Shown here: positions 40,358 to 55,080 of the stretch, one piece after another
Layout: the number at the start of each line of letters is the position of its first letter
How positions within the stretch are numbered: the stretch's first letter is position 1
NCBI RefSeq assembly: GCF_006345805.1
Contig: NC_042997.1
Location: forward strand, 137,640,001-137,704,000
Source of the DNA: Octopus sinensis
Lineage: Eukaryota
DNA length: 64,000 bases
Reading direction: 5' to 3'
The notes under the pieces: generated by a model
The model's input: only the letters and a program-made list of their open reading frames with translations
Databases searched by the model: none
What the model was told of the DNA's origin: nothing
Translations under genes and position numbers: made by a program

Positions 40358-41479
40358 TTAATAATAATAATAACATCGAAAAATACCTTAGGAATGAGAA
40401 CCCAGGTTCGAAATTTTCCCCAAGACACCTGATGAAGGCTAGAAATGTTGTGTTAACAACAAAGAAGATGAGGACAAATATCTGTCAAATGTAAATAAAG
40501 TACATAATTCTTCATCTCTTAAATATAGAACTGTATTATCTACTCTGTCTATATTATACTAATATGCCTGTTTCAGATTTGATCTCTATCCCTATTTGTT
40601 CAGTGGGTGGGGTAATTCATTTCAAAGCTACTCCAATGGAAAGGTTGGTCTACCTGGAATTTTAACCCTACTCTAACTGTATGCAGTCCATGCTTACAAT
40701 TATTTCTCCATTATGCACAGGTGTACTAACATGCATGCATGTGCATACACATGCACACACACTCACACACATGTGCACACACACTCACACACATGTGCAC
40801 ACACACTCACACACATGTGCACACACACTCACACTTACACACATGTGCACACACACACACGCACACACACACATCGCAGCTGGTTTGATGACATTTTGTA
40901 TGTTAGAGTATGTTTGACTAACTGTTATTTGCTTTTGGTTTTATTGTTTTTCTATATTCTTTTCATTAAATTCAACTCTATATCTTGTCTTTCTCTCTCT
41001 CTCTCTTTTCTATGTTCTTTCTCTCTCTTTCTTTTTTCTATATTCTTTCACTTTCTCTCATACACAAACAGTTTTAAATATGTCAACATATATACATGGA
41101 TGTATGATGTAGCATATATTTCTGAAGCAGGTGCTATGCTGTAGTAATATTGAGGTAGTGCTCTCTCAACAATAGTATTTGAGGTTATTAGAAGCTGTAC
41201 TTCTATATGGAGAGTAGTATAATAGTAATAACGAAGGGTTTCTCATTACACTGGTTCACAACATATGTGAAGGTTATGGGACATTTAATATTGTATATGA
41301 GAGGTATTAGGTGATATTAGTCAGAATTCAAATAGATCATGACACTAAAATTTGCTAGAATAGATTGTAGATTAATATGGTGGCTATATTGATGTCAGGT
41401 TGCATTGAGCATAATTATGGCTCAAATCCATTGTAGCTAGTGAACATCATATCTTTCATGCAGTGATATCGTAACTAGA

Positions 41480-41665
41480 ACTACATTATCCAATGTGTCT
41501 TTCCTTTTTTTAAAGACAGTTAGTATGATTTGAAGAAAATTTGGCTACTATTTCTAGCAGGTTGTGTAATCAGATATAAGTCCCGCGAGTAGTTTGAGAC
41601 TTCCTTGTTGATTCATGTTGTTTAGCCCCAAACTAGCCTTGATCAAGCAGACCTATGAAGTTATT
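41480..41665 (+). repeat. Dispersed repeat family, unassigned
   Basis: ATTATCCAATGTGTC...ATTTCTAGCAGG...GATCAAGCAGACCTATGA; related pieces at ~35535-35700, 37940-37975, 44000-44040, 54680-54750(-). Confidence 0.55.
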
Positions 41666-42425
41666 CTATTCATGACAATAATATTTTTATTATTGAGACA
41701 ATATATGAAAATTATATTATTCAATGCTCTCAATGTATACTTTCCTTTTAAAGGCAACAGTGTGAAATTTGAAGGAAATTTGATTGCTCTTTTTAGCAGA
41801 TCAAGGCTTTCATGGTGACAGATATGACTAGAATAGACAGAGAGGTCAAGGTAACCAGAACAGATGATTGAGAACATGAGAAGAGGCTGGACTGGCTGAA
41901 ATTTTAAATGAATTGATGATATGAGATGATAATTGTTTCTAGAACCACCAAATTTGAGAGGAGGGGCTGAGTTAATTACATCAACCCCAGTAGTAGACTT
42001 GCACTTAATTTCATCTACTCCAGAAAAAAATGTAATATAAAGTTGAGCTGAGTGAGGTTTGAACTCAGAATATAAAAGGACATAACTAAATACTGCAAAG
42101 GTATTTTAATTTGAGGTTCTGTTGTTTCTGCTAATTCACCAGAAAGAAGCAGAAAGAGGGGAGAGAGAAAGAGAAAAAGAGTTGAAGAAAGAGAGAGGTG
42201 AAAAAGGAAAAAGCATGATGGTGTAAAATAATTTATTTTCAAATTGTGTTATGATGACATTCTCCTCGGTCATGTTTTGATTTATTACTATTTATAGTTG
42301 AAATTAATCTATTATTTACTAGATTAATAATTCACCGTTTATCCAATAAATAAATCCATTATCATTGTGAATTGGTTTTTAATATTTTACAATCTTTAAA
42401 GACCAGGATTATTATATGAGAGAAA

Positions 42426-42474
<49 letters not shown>

Positions 42475-43159
42475 AAAAAAGATTTAATTCATTATCAAGC
42501 TATGTTATTTGCCATATAAAAGACAAGACTATGGTTATGGTAGTTGTTGTTAACAACGCTACCACTGTAATCCTCTTATCACTCTTTTAGTCCTCTTCCT
42601 TCTGATTATTATGATCACTTTGCTCTGTATCCTTATTGTCATTATCATCATTGATAACACTGATGATGTTATCATTGTTATCATTATCATGAGTTTCTCA
42701 TCAAGGTATGCATGTAAAAATATTTTTTTAAATATGTGTGGTAAGAAGATTGTTTCCCAACCACATGGTTCCAGGTTCGCTGCTACTGTGTAGCACCTTG
42801 GGCAAGAACTGAAAGAAGCCTGTTGTTGTATGAGTGTTTGTGTGTGTGTGTGTATGTGTGTGTGTGTGCATGCACATTCCTGTGTTTGTTCCCTCCACCG
42901 CTTGACAACTGGTGTTGGTGTGTTTACATCCCCATAACTTAGTGGTTCAGCAAAAGAGTTCCAAGAATACTAGAATAAGAAGAAGAAAAGAGTCAGGTAG
43001 ATCGAAGAAGGGGGCAGGGATACAGGTATAGTGTTAAAAGAAGGTAGAGGAGCAACAAGAAAGCTTTTGGTCTGTCATCAAGAAATCTACTCCTCAGGTT
43101 CGATTCAGAGACATATCGTAGCTTATTAGCAGCAATTATTTTTGTTGCTTCTCTAGCTT

Positions 43160-43486
43160 CAACTCATTACTCTAACCCATGAGGGTCTTTATAAGATTTT
43201 TGGGGATCCACCCAACAAAATAGCAAATTGGGGATCCACAATAATATTTTAGGGCCCCTGAAAAAAATTTTTTTTAGATGTATGTATTGCAAGAAACAGT
43301 TAGGTTTCTTTCTCTTACATTTTACATAAGTTCAACCTGCATAAGTTAATGTGGAATTTTGAATAGGAATTTTGAAAGAAGTATCTATAAAACTAGCTTT
43401 TAAACACCAAATGGCTATGGGAGTCAACCAGAATAATATAGTAATCAAGGGGATCCATAGATAAAAAATGGTTGAAAACCCCTGCA
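43160..43486. mobile_element. hAT-like MITE remnant
   Basis: Right end GGTTGAAAACCCCTG (CAGGGGTTTTCAACC), repeated GGGGATCCA subterminal motifs; left TIR decayed. Confidence 0.45.
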
Positions 43487-45853
43487 AAATGATCCACAGA
43501 AAATCAAAGCATCCCTCCCCACTCCATAATAAACAATCACTGTGTACACTGTATGGAATTTTTAGTTACACATATTCTACATATTGAGCTGAGCCATTTT
43601 CTTGAAGGGAGTGGACTCTTCTGTTTTCCTGCTTGAAAAAAAGCAGCTTCAACAATAAGATGCATAATGCAAAACTTGCTGTCCTTGTCTCTGTTTTTCT
43701 CTTTCTCTTTCTCCAAGTCAAAACCAGTTGGAATTAGTCATGTAGGTGTTGTGTGCATGTCTGTGCACATGTGTGTTCATGTGTTCGCATGTGTGTTTCA
43801 TTGCTAAATATAGGGTTAATTATTGGCTAGCAGCTGCAACTCTGATTTACTAACATTCTGAAATGGAACTATTTGAAAATTATTAATATTGTTATTTTCT
43901 CCCTCACTCCTCACCCCATTACATTTAGCTTTGAGTGAACCTTATGATAGAAGGCATTTCAACCCTGACTATCTTGTGTGTTTTTTTTCAGACATAGTAT
44001 ATCTAATGACTACATTATCCAATGTGTCCTTAACTCTGTTTAATACAATAGAGTACAGTTTAAGGCTATTAATAACAGGTGATTGTTTGTTATGGGTGGT
44101 CGGGGAGTGGTTTTGTTTTGGTTTCCTGTGGATCATTTCATATTCCTTTGTCAGAAATACCATATTTTCCAGCAAACAAGTCAAAATTTTCAAACCAAAA
44201 TTTACAGCTAAAAATGGTGGGTCAACTTAATACATCAAAACAACTTTGGAGGATCAAAAATTCTTTGTGAAATGCAGCCCAAGACACTTGCCCAAGGTGC
44301 CACACAGTGGAACTGAACCTGGAACTATGTGATTGGGAAGCAAATTTCATACCACACAGTCACATCTGCACCTGTATTGTCTTGTCAGCTGGAAAGTAAG
44401 GTGCCTGCTTTAGAAAACCTCATAATTGATAATTGTTTGGAAAAGAAAAAAAAAACAACTAGAAACAAATAATTTTAATGCAGTTGATAGTTACTGTCAC
44501 TAAATATTTTACCATATCACAGGTTCTCTTTGTCATTATTGTTGTTTAGCATTTTTTTGTTGCATACTTTCACTGTGCTACTGAAAGCAACTCTCTGCAT
44601 CTCTTATATATGCAGTGTTTTACTTTAGCATGTTTTTTCTTTTTAATCCTTCCCAAGGCACCTGTTATTATTGGGACTGATTTTGTTTTCCCCTCATTTG
44701 GGTTATTTTTATTTCTAGACTTATACATTTGAATAATTTTACCACTTCTTTGGGAAATGCATTATTATCTGTTGGCACTGATATGCTTATTAAAAAGCGT
44801 ATTTTACCTGGTGGCCCTTGACAACGATGTCTGGTTGATATTGTCATATCTCGGAATATAGTGTTGGTGTTGTTAAGGTAATGAGCTGGCAGAATTGTTG
44901 GAGTATCAGAAAAATGTCTTCAGCATTTGTTCTAGCTCTTTACATTCTGACTTCATATTCCACCAAGGTCAACTTTGCCTTTCATACCTCTGGAGTTGAT
45001 AACATAAAATACCTATCACATATTAGGGTCAATAGTATTGACTTATCCTCTTCCTTCAAAATTTCTGGCCTTGGTGAGTTGGTAGAATCATTAGCACACT
45101 GGACAAAATGTTTAGTGGCATTTCTTCTGGCTCTTTACATTCTGAGTTCAAATTCTGCTGAGGTCAGTTTTGCTTTTCATCCTTTTGGGGTTGATGAAAT
45201 AAGTACCAATTAAGTACTAGGGTTAGTGTAATCAACTAACCATTTTTCCCCAAAATTCCAGGCTTTGTGCCTATAGTAGAAAGGATTATTATTATCATCA
45301 TTCTTCAGTAGTCTCATTTTTTATTGTATGCTTTCACTGCACAAAAAGATTAGGTGACCATGATTGGAACACTTTTGATCAGGCATGATCTGAGGTTAAC
45401 ACAACCACGAACCACACCACTGCCACCACTACCACCGCCACCACCAACAACAATTACATAAGGGTAAGGCAAGAATTTCAGACAGATTCAGTTCTGGAAA
45501 GAAAAGGATGATGATGGCAAGATGATAGATGGTTGGATGAAATAGAGTGGTATGTAACTTCCTAGGAATTGAAGCTGAAGTAGTTGTTCAGTGAGAGAGA
45601 GAGAGAGAATACAATGTAGTGTTGTGCTAGTGGGAGGAGTATGATAATGAGAGAATCTTTCATAATCAATCAGATTGCATTTCTTTTGATGTGGTCAAAG
45701 GTGTTCCAGAAATGTGAACAGTTCCAAAATATGAGTAATAAACTAATTGGTTTCCAATACAATTTTGACAATGTTATAGGTTTGTCATTGCCATGAATTG
45801 AATAGATACCAGTAAGATATTGTTGAAGACTTGATTAACTCCTCTCTCTCTCT

Positions 45854-45911
<58 letters not shown>

Positions 45912-45971
45912 ATATATATAATATATATATATAATATATATATATAATACACATACACGCACATACACACA

Positions 45972-46014
<43 letters not shown>

Positions 46015-46109
46015 CATACATACATGCATGCATACATATATATATATATATATGTATGTATACACATACATATATATACCCACACATACATATATATATA
46101 TAGAGAGAG

Positions 46110-46975
46110 AGTGTGGTGAATATATTGTAGTCTAAATTACTTAAAAATGAAAATAACACTGACATCTCATTTTAACAGATATATTTACCAAAATTACATA
46201 AAAATATCTTGAAATACTAAAGAATAAATTTATTCTATAAAGTTGCCGTTGGCTTCAACGACAGCCTCCAAATGACTTCGGAATCTCCTGCAACCCTTCT
46301 GGATGGTCTCCTTGTTTAAGTTAGTGACTGCTGCCATAATCCTTGCTTTCAGTTCATCTTTGGTGTTACAAAGATTTTTGTTGGTCTCTTGCTCAACTGT
46401 ACCCCACACATAATAATCAAAGGGGTTGCAGTCTGGGGAGTTAGGTGGCCAGATGTTAGGGGTGATGTGGTTGCAGAAATTGTCTGACAGCCATGACTGG
46501 GTTCTCCTGCTTGTGTGGCATGGTACAGAGTCCTGTTGTCAGACATAGGGTCTTCCAGCAACCACCCTCTTGATCCAGAGCAGCACTGACTCCTCCAGGC
46601 ACTCCTCCATGTTGAGTCTGAGGCTGTGTAGGAAGATGAATGGAGGCATAATGTCCCCATGACTAGTGATCACTCCGAACACCATGATGTTGACTGGATG
46701 TTTGATTTTTATCACTCTCAGTACATGTTTTGGGGACACCGCAAGCCAATGGTTGTTCAGTGTGTTCACCTTATGTTTGTATTGGAGTTTCCAGCAAGAA
46801 TGCCAAGCAGTACAGCATGTCATTTCCAAATTTCTGATAGAGTGAATTGCGTCATGATGCTGTTTTTGTCACAGATGGTGCCCAACTATACTGTGCAGTC
46901 GACAAGATCAAAAACAAACAATGCGCATATGCGAAATTAAAAATGAAATGGCAACAATTTGCTCATCACACTATG
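46110..46975 (-). mobile_element. DD37D (maT) transposon remnant
   Basis: KHPVNIMVFGVITSHGDIMPPFIF, YV*QQDSVPCH...WPPNSPDCNPFDYYVWG with 37 residues between the second and third D; weak TIR match (16/22). Confidence 0.85.
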
Positions 46976-46979
46976 TGTG

Positions 46980-47105
<126 letters not shown>

Positions 47106-47264
47106 GTGTGTATTTTTCCCTTGTTAACAATTAACATGGAAAAAATATATAAATAGTTACCATGGTAGCAAAAAATCACACAGATAAAAAGGTTGTAACT
47201 CTTTGTTTTTAAAGGTAGAAACTTCAAGTTTATGTGAAATATTTTGTATAATATATATAAATAA

Positions 47265-47803
<539 letters not shown>

Positions 47804-47807
47804 TACG

Positions 47808-48252
47808 TACAAGAGTTATGGAATGGAGAAGGTAAGATCCAAGGTACATATGTTTCATACTGAGCAGAACCTTAGAAGAGGTAAAAATTCAAGTGAGGTG
47901 TATACTGTGGGCTACTCTTCAGGCCAAGGATATCTTGATTAAATTAAGATTACAGGAGGTACATGTTGATGCATTGAAGATTCAATCAGAATGTGTAGAG
48001 AGCACAGTAGGAATCTCCCTACATTTTTATTCTCCTTTCCTACTGTGCTCTCCACACATTCTGATTGAATCTTCCATGCATCAACATGTACATCCTTGCA
48101 ACAATGTAATCTTTAATTTAATCACTACATCTTTGGCCTGAAGAGTAGCCTGTGGTATACACCTTGCTTAGATTTTTACCACTTCAGAGATTCTGCTTGC
48201 TATGAAACATATGTAGTCCAGATCTTACCTACTCCATTCCGTAACTCTTGTA
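47808..48252. repeat. Diverged inverted repeat (~210-bp arms, 23-nt spacer) with an HHR in each arm
   Basis: Arms 47808-48013 and 48037-48252. Confidence 0.92.
48134..48220 (+). ncRNA. Type I minimal hammerhead motif
   Basis: GGC-CTGAAGA-GTAGC...GCTAT-GAAAC-ATAT-GTA-GTC; palindromic ACATATGT; mirror copy at 47841-47926(-). Confidence 0.78.
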
Positions 48253-49687
48253 TTCTGATTTGCACACCTGGCAACTCTGGTTGCTTACTGTGAAATATAA
48301 AAAGAACTTTTTTCAGCTTATTGTACTTTGATATGAAAAAAATCCAAAACATTCCATCTCAATAAACCACTACTGTCGCTGAAAGTTTTTTTAAATATTT
48401 ACTATGGATTGCTTGAAATTAACTTTCTTCCTACACCTCAATCCCTGGATCTTACATTTATATATATATATATATATATATACATACAAACATATATTTA
48501 TATATATATATATATTATATATATATATATATATAGACACACACATAGGATTGTTTGTAGAAATACATAAATCCAGAGGAGAAGCACATTCTAAGATGTA
48601 GAACAGTTAATACATATACATATATACATACATACATACATTCATACATATATACATACATACATACATACATTATTTATATATATATTTATATATGTAT
48701 ATATACACACACACACTCACCCACCCCACTACAAAATTAGTTTGGCTAAATAAATCATTATTATCATAATAATTATCTGTTCTTTTTCATGTGAAAATGT
48801 TTTACTCATTAAGTAGGATGAATTATTGATTTTAACACTGAGATCATTGGGGAGATGTTAATAATAATAATGGTTGTGGTGGTGACAACAGTGGCGGTGG
48901 GCGGCGGTGGCAGCGGTGGTGGTGGTAGTGTTTCTGTTTAAAGAAACCAGCTACCTAGTGAGCGAGCTAAACTATTCTGTAGTAGCGGTAATAATGAGGG
49001 AAAGCAGGCTAGGTCTTAATAGTCAGACTTTCTTCAGCTAATTCTACATAAAATTAAAAAAAAAAAGATAAAAATGTAAAACTTACCCTTACTTAACAAA
49101 ATGGTAAGAGTTGAACCTAGCATGAAAATGAAAAAAGAACCTAAATGATTAAAAAAGTATATCAATAAAAAACAGACACTCTGAAGGTAAAAGAAATGTG
49201 TAAGGAAATTGTATCAGCAAAAGCATGTATGTACATTTACAAAATGTGAGTGCTTCTTGTAAGAGAATAATGTATTTGAAGGAAATACTAAAATATTTTA
49301 CAGTGATAGATGCAGGTATGGCTGTGTGGTAAGAAGCTTGGTTCCTAACAATATGGTTTTGGATTCAGGCTCAGTGTGTGACACCTTTGGCAAGTGTCTC
49401 CTACTATAGGCTCGGGCTGACCAAAGCCTTGTGAGTGGATTTGGGAGATTGAAACTGAAAGAAGTCCATTGTGTGTGTCCCACTACTGCTTGATAACCAG
49501 TGTTGGTATGTTTACATTCCTGTAACTTAGTGGTTCAGCATAAAGAGACTGATAAAATAAGTGCCAGTCTTAAAAATAAACGTACTGTGATTGATTTAGT
49601 TGACTAAAAATTTTTCAGGGTGGTGCCCCAGCATGACCAAAGTCTAATGACTGATTCAGGTAATGGATAAAAGAAAAGATGATATCA

Positions 49688-49745
<58 letters not shown>

Positions 49746-50035
49746 ACATACACACACACACACAACAATAAATAAATGAATGAATATGTAAACAGAACAC
49801 TAGAGGGTACACCAACATAAGCAGAAATTCAAAGAAATATGGAACAAAACATTCAGCACAGTAATAACTGGCATACAAGATCAAAATGGAAGAAAAGAAA
49901 ATACAAAACACTGCAAACGTAACTCGCCATAGTGGGAAAAATATTAACAAATACAGCTGGAGAGCCTCTGGTATTTACAAGGTCTCTAATTCCTGGATAA
50001 AACATCTGAGTATCAAGGGTAGGTAGCAGCAGCAT

Positions 50036-50263
50036 TTAACCCTTTCATTAACAACCTGGCTGAAACCGGCTCTGGCTCTGAGTACAAATATCTTGTTTTC
50101 AAAAGTTTTGAACTAAAATCTTCCACCAAACCTTAGTCACAATTTATGTTCCTAACACTAGCTGAACAATAACTAAGTTATTTTACTAGATTCTTTGTTG
50201 TATTTAAAGTAATTGAAAGAAGCACAGAGCATCTCAAAATAAATACAGTAATGAAAGGGTTAA
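50036..50263. mobile_element. piggyBac-like MITE (220 bp)
   Basis: TTAA|CCCTTTCATTA ... TAATGAAAGGG|TTAA: 11-bp TIR and TTAA duplication. Confidence 0.85.
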
Positions 50264-50929
50264 TGAACTGATAAACAGAATAGAATCAACACCTCAGTAG
50301 CAGATGGAATGGGAAACAACATTAATTTCTCCAAAACAAAGATACCAGAGATTCTCCAAATTACATGTTGGTAACTTGTTTGCCAACATCATACAAAATC
50401 CATTATCTACGACAGGTTTGTTGCTCACCTGAATAGAAATAATGTCTTTCCTGAGAAGCAGGAAAGGTGATGATGTTTGGCTATAAAGAACAACTACTGG
50501 TGAATCAGGCTAAATATAAAAAACAGTAAAAAGGGAGAAATAAATGTTAGCATGGCCAGGATTGATTACTGAAATGCGCTTTTGATACTATTTCACACTT
50601 TTAGATTTTGGGGGCATTCTACATAAATAAAGTAATTCAACTACTAAAAAAAAAAGTACATCAGTTATTCCATGTCAAAAAAAAAGTAACTATATTGGTT
50701 TCAAATTTTGGCATAAGGCCAGCAATTTCAGGAAGGGGTTGAATCAATTACATTGACCCCAGTATTCAACTGGTACTTATTTTATCAATCCTGAAAGGAT
50801 GAAAAGCAAAGGCAACTTTGATGGAATTTGAACTCAGAATATTAAAACACAAAATACTGAAAAGCTTTTTGCCTGGCATGCTAATAATTCTGCCTGCTCA
50901 GTAACTATAATTCTTGTAAGGCTAACAGA

Positions 50930-52520
50930 ACATCACTAAAACCAGCGCTCTACCCATAAAAAGAATCTTCCAGAGGGATTTTTTATCCACTCATTTTCCT
51001 AACATTAACAAATCTGCTGAATGAAATCACCAATGGTTATAGATGCTATGGGGAACTGTAAACCATCTCCTCTTAATGGATGACTTGAAAATAGAAAACT
51101 GCTAAAGTTTGTTGATAAATTCAGCCAAGACAGAAATGAGTATGGTATAGGTAAATGTGTCAAAGTTACTATAAGAGAAAAGCACCTCAATTACAACTAA
51201 AAACAGTAAATTAGATACAGACACTGAACAGGACCACCCATAGAGATACTGAGTATTTCTATGGGTAGTTTTGGTCTGATTCTCTTATTTCAGTAAATAG
51301 AACTGAAAAGATACAACACACTGAAATTAAGGAGAAAATTAGAAACACGAGTTAAACTAATATTCAAAACTGAACTCAGCATTTGAAATGCTATAGCTAT
51401 ATCGGTTATAAACTAACAGTTCCAACATAATAAACTGAAGTGAATGGAAGAGCATAAACAGAATAATAAGGAAATTACTTACAGTGTCCCAAAGCCACTT
51501 CTCCATGGCTGATAGAGATAAATTATACATACCCTGAATATAGGAAGACAGAATGTGAAAATAATCCTGTTTCTAAGTATTATCAGATGTAGAAAAATGA
51601 GAAGTGTGCAAAGTGAAATTGATTAGAGTAATAAGAAAACATAAAGGAAAAAATTTTCTCAAATATATAAGGAAACAATTAAATACAAACTGGAAACTTA
51701 CGACACTAAAGAAAAAGATTTAGATAAGAAGAAAGCAAAAGAAAAGGTTAAACGAAAAACAGCAAAAACAAATCAAAGCAGAATTATCAAACATTCTAAA
51801 GAAAAAATGGAAAGAAAAACCACTTCATAAAGACATGACAGATCAGAAGTAAGCCAAAGTGAAAGTGAACAATGGTTCAAAAGCTTTGAACTAAAAGTAG
51901 AAACAGAAGATCTGATTGTAGTTGTATAGGATCTATGTCTAGCTACAAATAATTACAAGATAAAATAATAAAAAAGATACTAACATCAAGTGCATGCAAC
52001 CAATACAATGAGGTAACTGGCCAAATTATTTGTGGCTGATAAATCCTTACCAAGTATGAATATATTCACAGATATGATTAAGTCAGCAGCTATATCCACT
52101 GGGCAACAGGCTGGCAATTCAACATGAAAATGGAAAAGAAATAGTACAGACATATACCAAACACAGTACATGATAACCTGGCCACTATCATTTAAAACAT
52201 GCCAGTTGAGATTGACAAGGAGATCAAGTTAATCCATCCAAATATAATTATCAAGGATTGGAACAACAATGTTTGAACTCTGAAAAGCATTTCAATCCAT
52301 TCTAAATGAAAAACATTGCACAGAAGATGGAGAAACTGAGAGAGTACAGTGATCTTGAAATTGGAATTGAAATGAACTGTGTGGTATGAAATTAACTGTG
52401 AGGTATGAAAGTTAAAATTACCAAGAATTACCGGTATGATGAAAATAATAATTAAGGTGTGATAAAAAAAATCTGATCAAAATCATTAAAAAATACTGTA
52501 CTAGGACTCAATGTTATACA
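50930..52520 (+). pseudogene. Old R4-clade LINE remnant (RT and downstream region)
   Basis: VDKFSQD...YGIGKCVKV, KKWKEKPLH...EQWFKSFELKVETEDLIV, KLREYSDLEI; another piece IPIIAGALGTV at ~53590. Confidence 0.6.
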
Positions 52521-55033
52521 CAGTTCAAAAGATAGTTCTGCTTGGCACAGCTCATCCTACTCAACACATTTTCAATTTAATAGCTTCACTCAAACAGTAG
52601 ACTCACTGCACACAATGCTTCCCCTAAACAATCACTACCCAATAAAATAAATCATGCAACACATATTCTACACAATCAATACTAAGCAATATGGCAACAC
52701 AACACATACTCTACACAGTTAACATCCAGGCAATAAGTGTTTCTAATTTAGGCACAAGGCCAGCAATTTTTGATAGGAGTGAATTTGTTACATCAACCCC
52801 AGTATTTGCCTATTACTTTATTTTATCTACCCTGGAAGGCTAAAAGGCAAAGTTGACAATGACACGATTTGAAATCATAATATAAAGAGCTGGAAGAAAT
52901 ACTAAAAGGCATTTTATCTGATGCTCTAATGATTTTGCCAATCCACTATGTAGTACATACTCTTACATAATCAATACCCAATACTATAAAACTTATATTT
53001 ACACAGATGTTATCTGTTAATCACATACCCTACACCATCCTACACTAAAAAACGTGTCATTGATGATTTAACACCTACGCTACACAAACACCATCCAACA
53101 CTCAAATACATAACACCAATCACAGAGTGCATTTGAAACACAAACATTGTCCAGCAAAATAACACAATACACAGAGCACATTTTCTACACAGCACACGGA
53201 ACATTAAACAGAACCAGGAACAACAAAGTAGAACCAACAACAAAACAAAACTTATGTAGTGTACAAACACAATTCTACCACCTCAAAAGACAATGCTGTA
53301 CACCTCAGAAATATGGATGTGTGCCTGGTACTATTATAGGGGCTCACATAAATTAAAATTATGATGATGGTGATGATGATGATAATTTCTAACATGAACA
53401 GATTGCTGTAAAGCATAGGTTGAGGAAAGCCAAAACAAATTTACTTCAGTACATAAGTGGTATTTAATTTAGCATCCAGAAGGGTACTGCAGAATTCCTG
53501 GGGAAAAGGAGAAAAACCAATGATATGAAACTCAGAAGATAAAAATCAAAAACCTACAATCAATAAAAGAATATATATATATATATATTATACCAATAAT
53601 TGCTGGTGCTCTAGGTACAGTGGACAAAGAAATAATAAAATTGGTTGAAAACGGTGCATAAAAATGAAAATAGAGTACATTCAGAAAACAATATTACTTG
53701 GCTGTGCAAGGAGTCTCTGCAATGTTCTCATGACTTGGAAAGAAGGCACTACATTAGTTCATGGGAAGTGAGCAGCTGGATTGTAAATGACACTTCTTGC
53801 AACAAGATGAGTATGTTAGACTTGGTAAACTATTATGATAATAGATACCTTAATCACAATGTCACACATCTTAAAGGAAGCTTGTAGTTGAGGACAATAT
53901 CAAATGATGAAATACAGCACACAAAAGGTGGGGTTTCAAAAGAAAATTAACAGTAAAGACATAAAAGGTTCCAAAAAGATTTCAACAAGAAAAAATTCCC
54001 CAGTGGTGGGCAGCTCACATAAAGTAGTTCAGGGAGGGACCTAATTTTGAGGAAACTCTATACAAACAGACCAGATTACTTTGTCATCTCCAAGGCTTTG
54101 TAAGTGCCTTCTCTCAGTTTCTTTCCTCTTACTTAGAAAAGCATACTCAGGATATATTTCTTTACTACCCACAAGGAGCTAAGCATAGAGGGGACAAACA
54201 AGGACAGACAAAGGGATTAAATCGATTACATCGACCCTAGTGTGAAACTGGTACTTTATTTATCGACCCCGAAAGGATGAAAGCAAAGTCAACCTCAGCA
54301 GAATTTGAACTCAGAACGTAATGACAGACAAAATACTGCTAAACATTTCGCCCCGCGCACTAACGTTTCTGCCAGCTCACCGCCTTACTCAGGATAGGTC
54401 CATTGAAACTCACCAGTCTTGTCATTCTCAGCCACCTTTCAATAACAATAATGGTTGCTGGTTTAGGCACAACACCTGTGATTTGAGGGGAGGGGTAATT
54501 TGTCGATTCCATCAACCCTAGTATTTGACTGTTATTTTATTTTACAGAACTCTGAAAGGATGAAAGGCAAAGATGACCTTGGCAGGGTTTAATAACAATA
54601 ATGTGAAAATTTTGGGGCACTTAGTTGACACCTTCCCAAGGTAATGTAGCAGCCTCTGTATAGTAATTTGATCTACTAGAAATTGCTACCAAGTCTTCCT
54701 CAGATCACACCCTACTGTCTTCAAAAACAGCACATTGAATAATGTCATCTTGGATGTATTATATCTGAGTAGAAGACAAGATGGTTGTTTTTGTAATGCC
54801 TTCAATCATAGGGCAGACCTAGGGATAAACAGCAGTAACAGCAACAACAATAACAACAACATGATGATGATGATGATGACAGAAAATAGCACTACAAGGC
54901 ACTGCACAAATCCTATGTGAAGCACTTTCAATACAGTGAAAATAAAAGCACCACAACAAACCACAGTACATACTCAAGGCACATAGAGTTGTATTCGGTA
55001 GTGCAGTGAAAGCACATGATAAAAATAAGATTA

Positions 55034-55080
<47 letters not shown>

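Larger units (their letters stand above)
40148..40498. repeat. Inverted HHR-bearing arms enclosing a tRNA-like head
   Basis: Arms 40148-40281 and 40378-40498. Confidence 0.93.
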
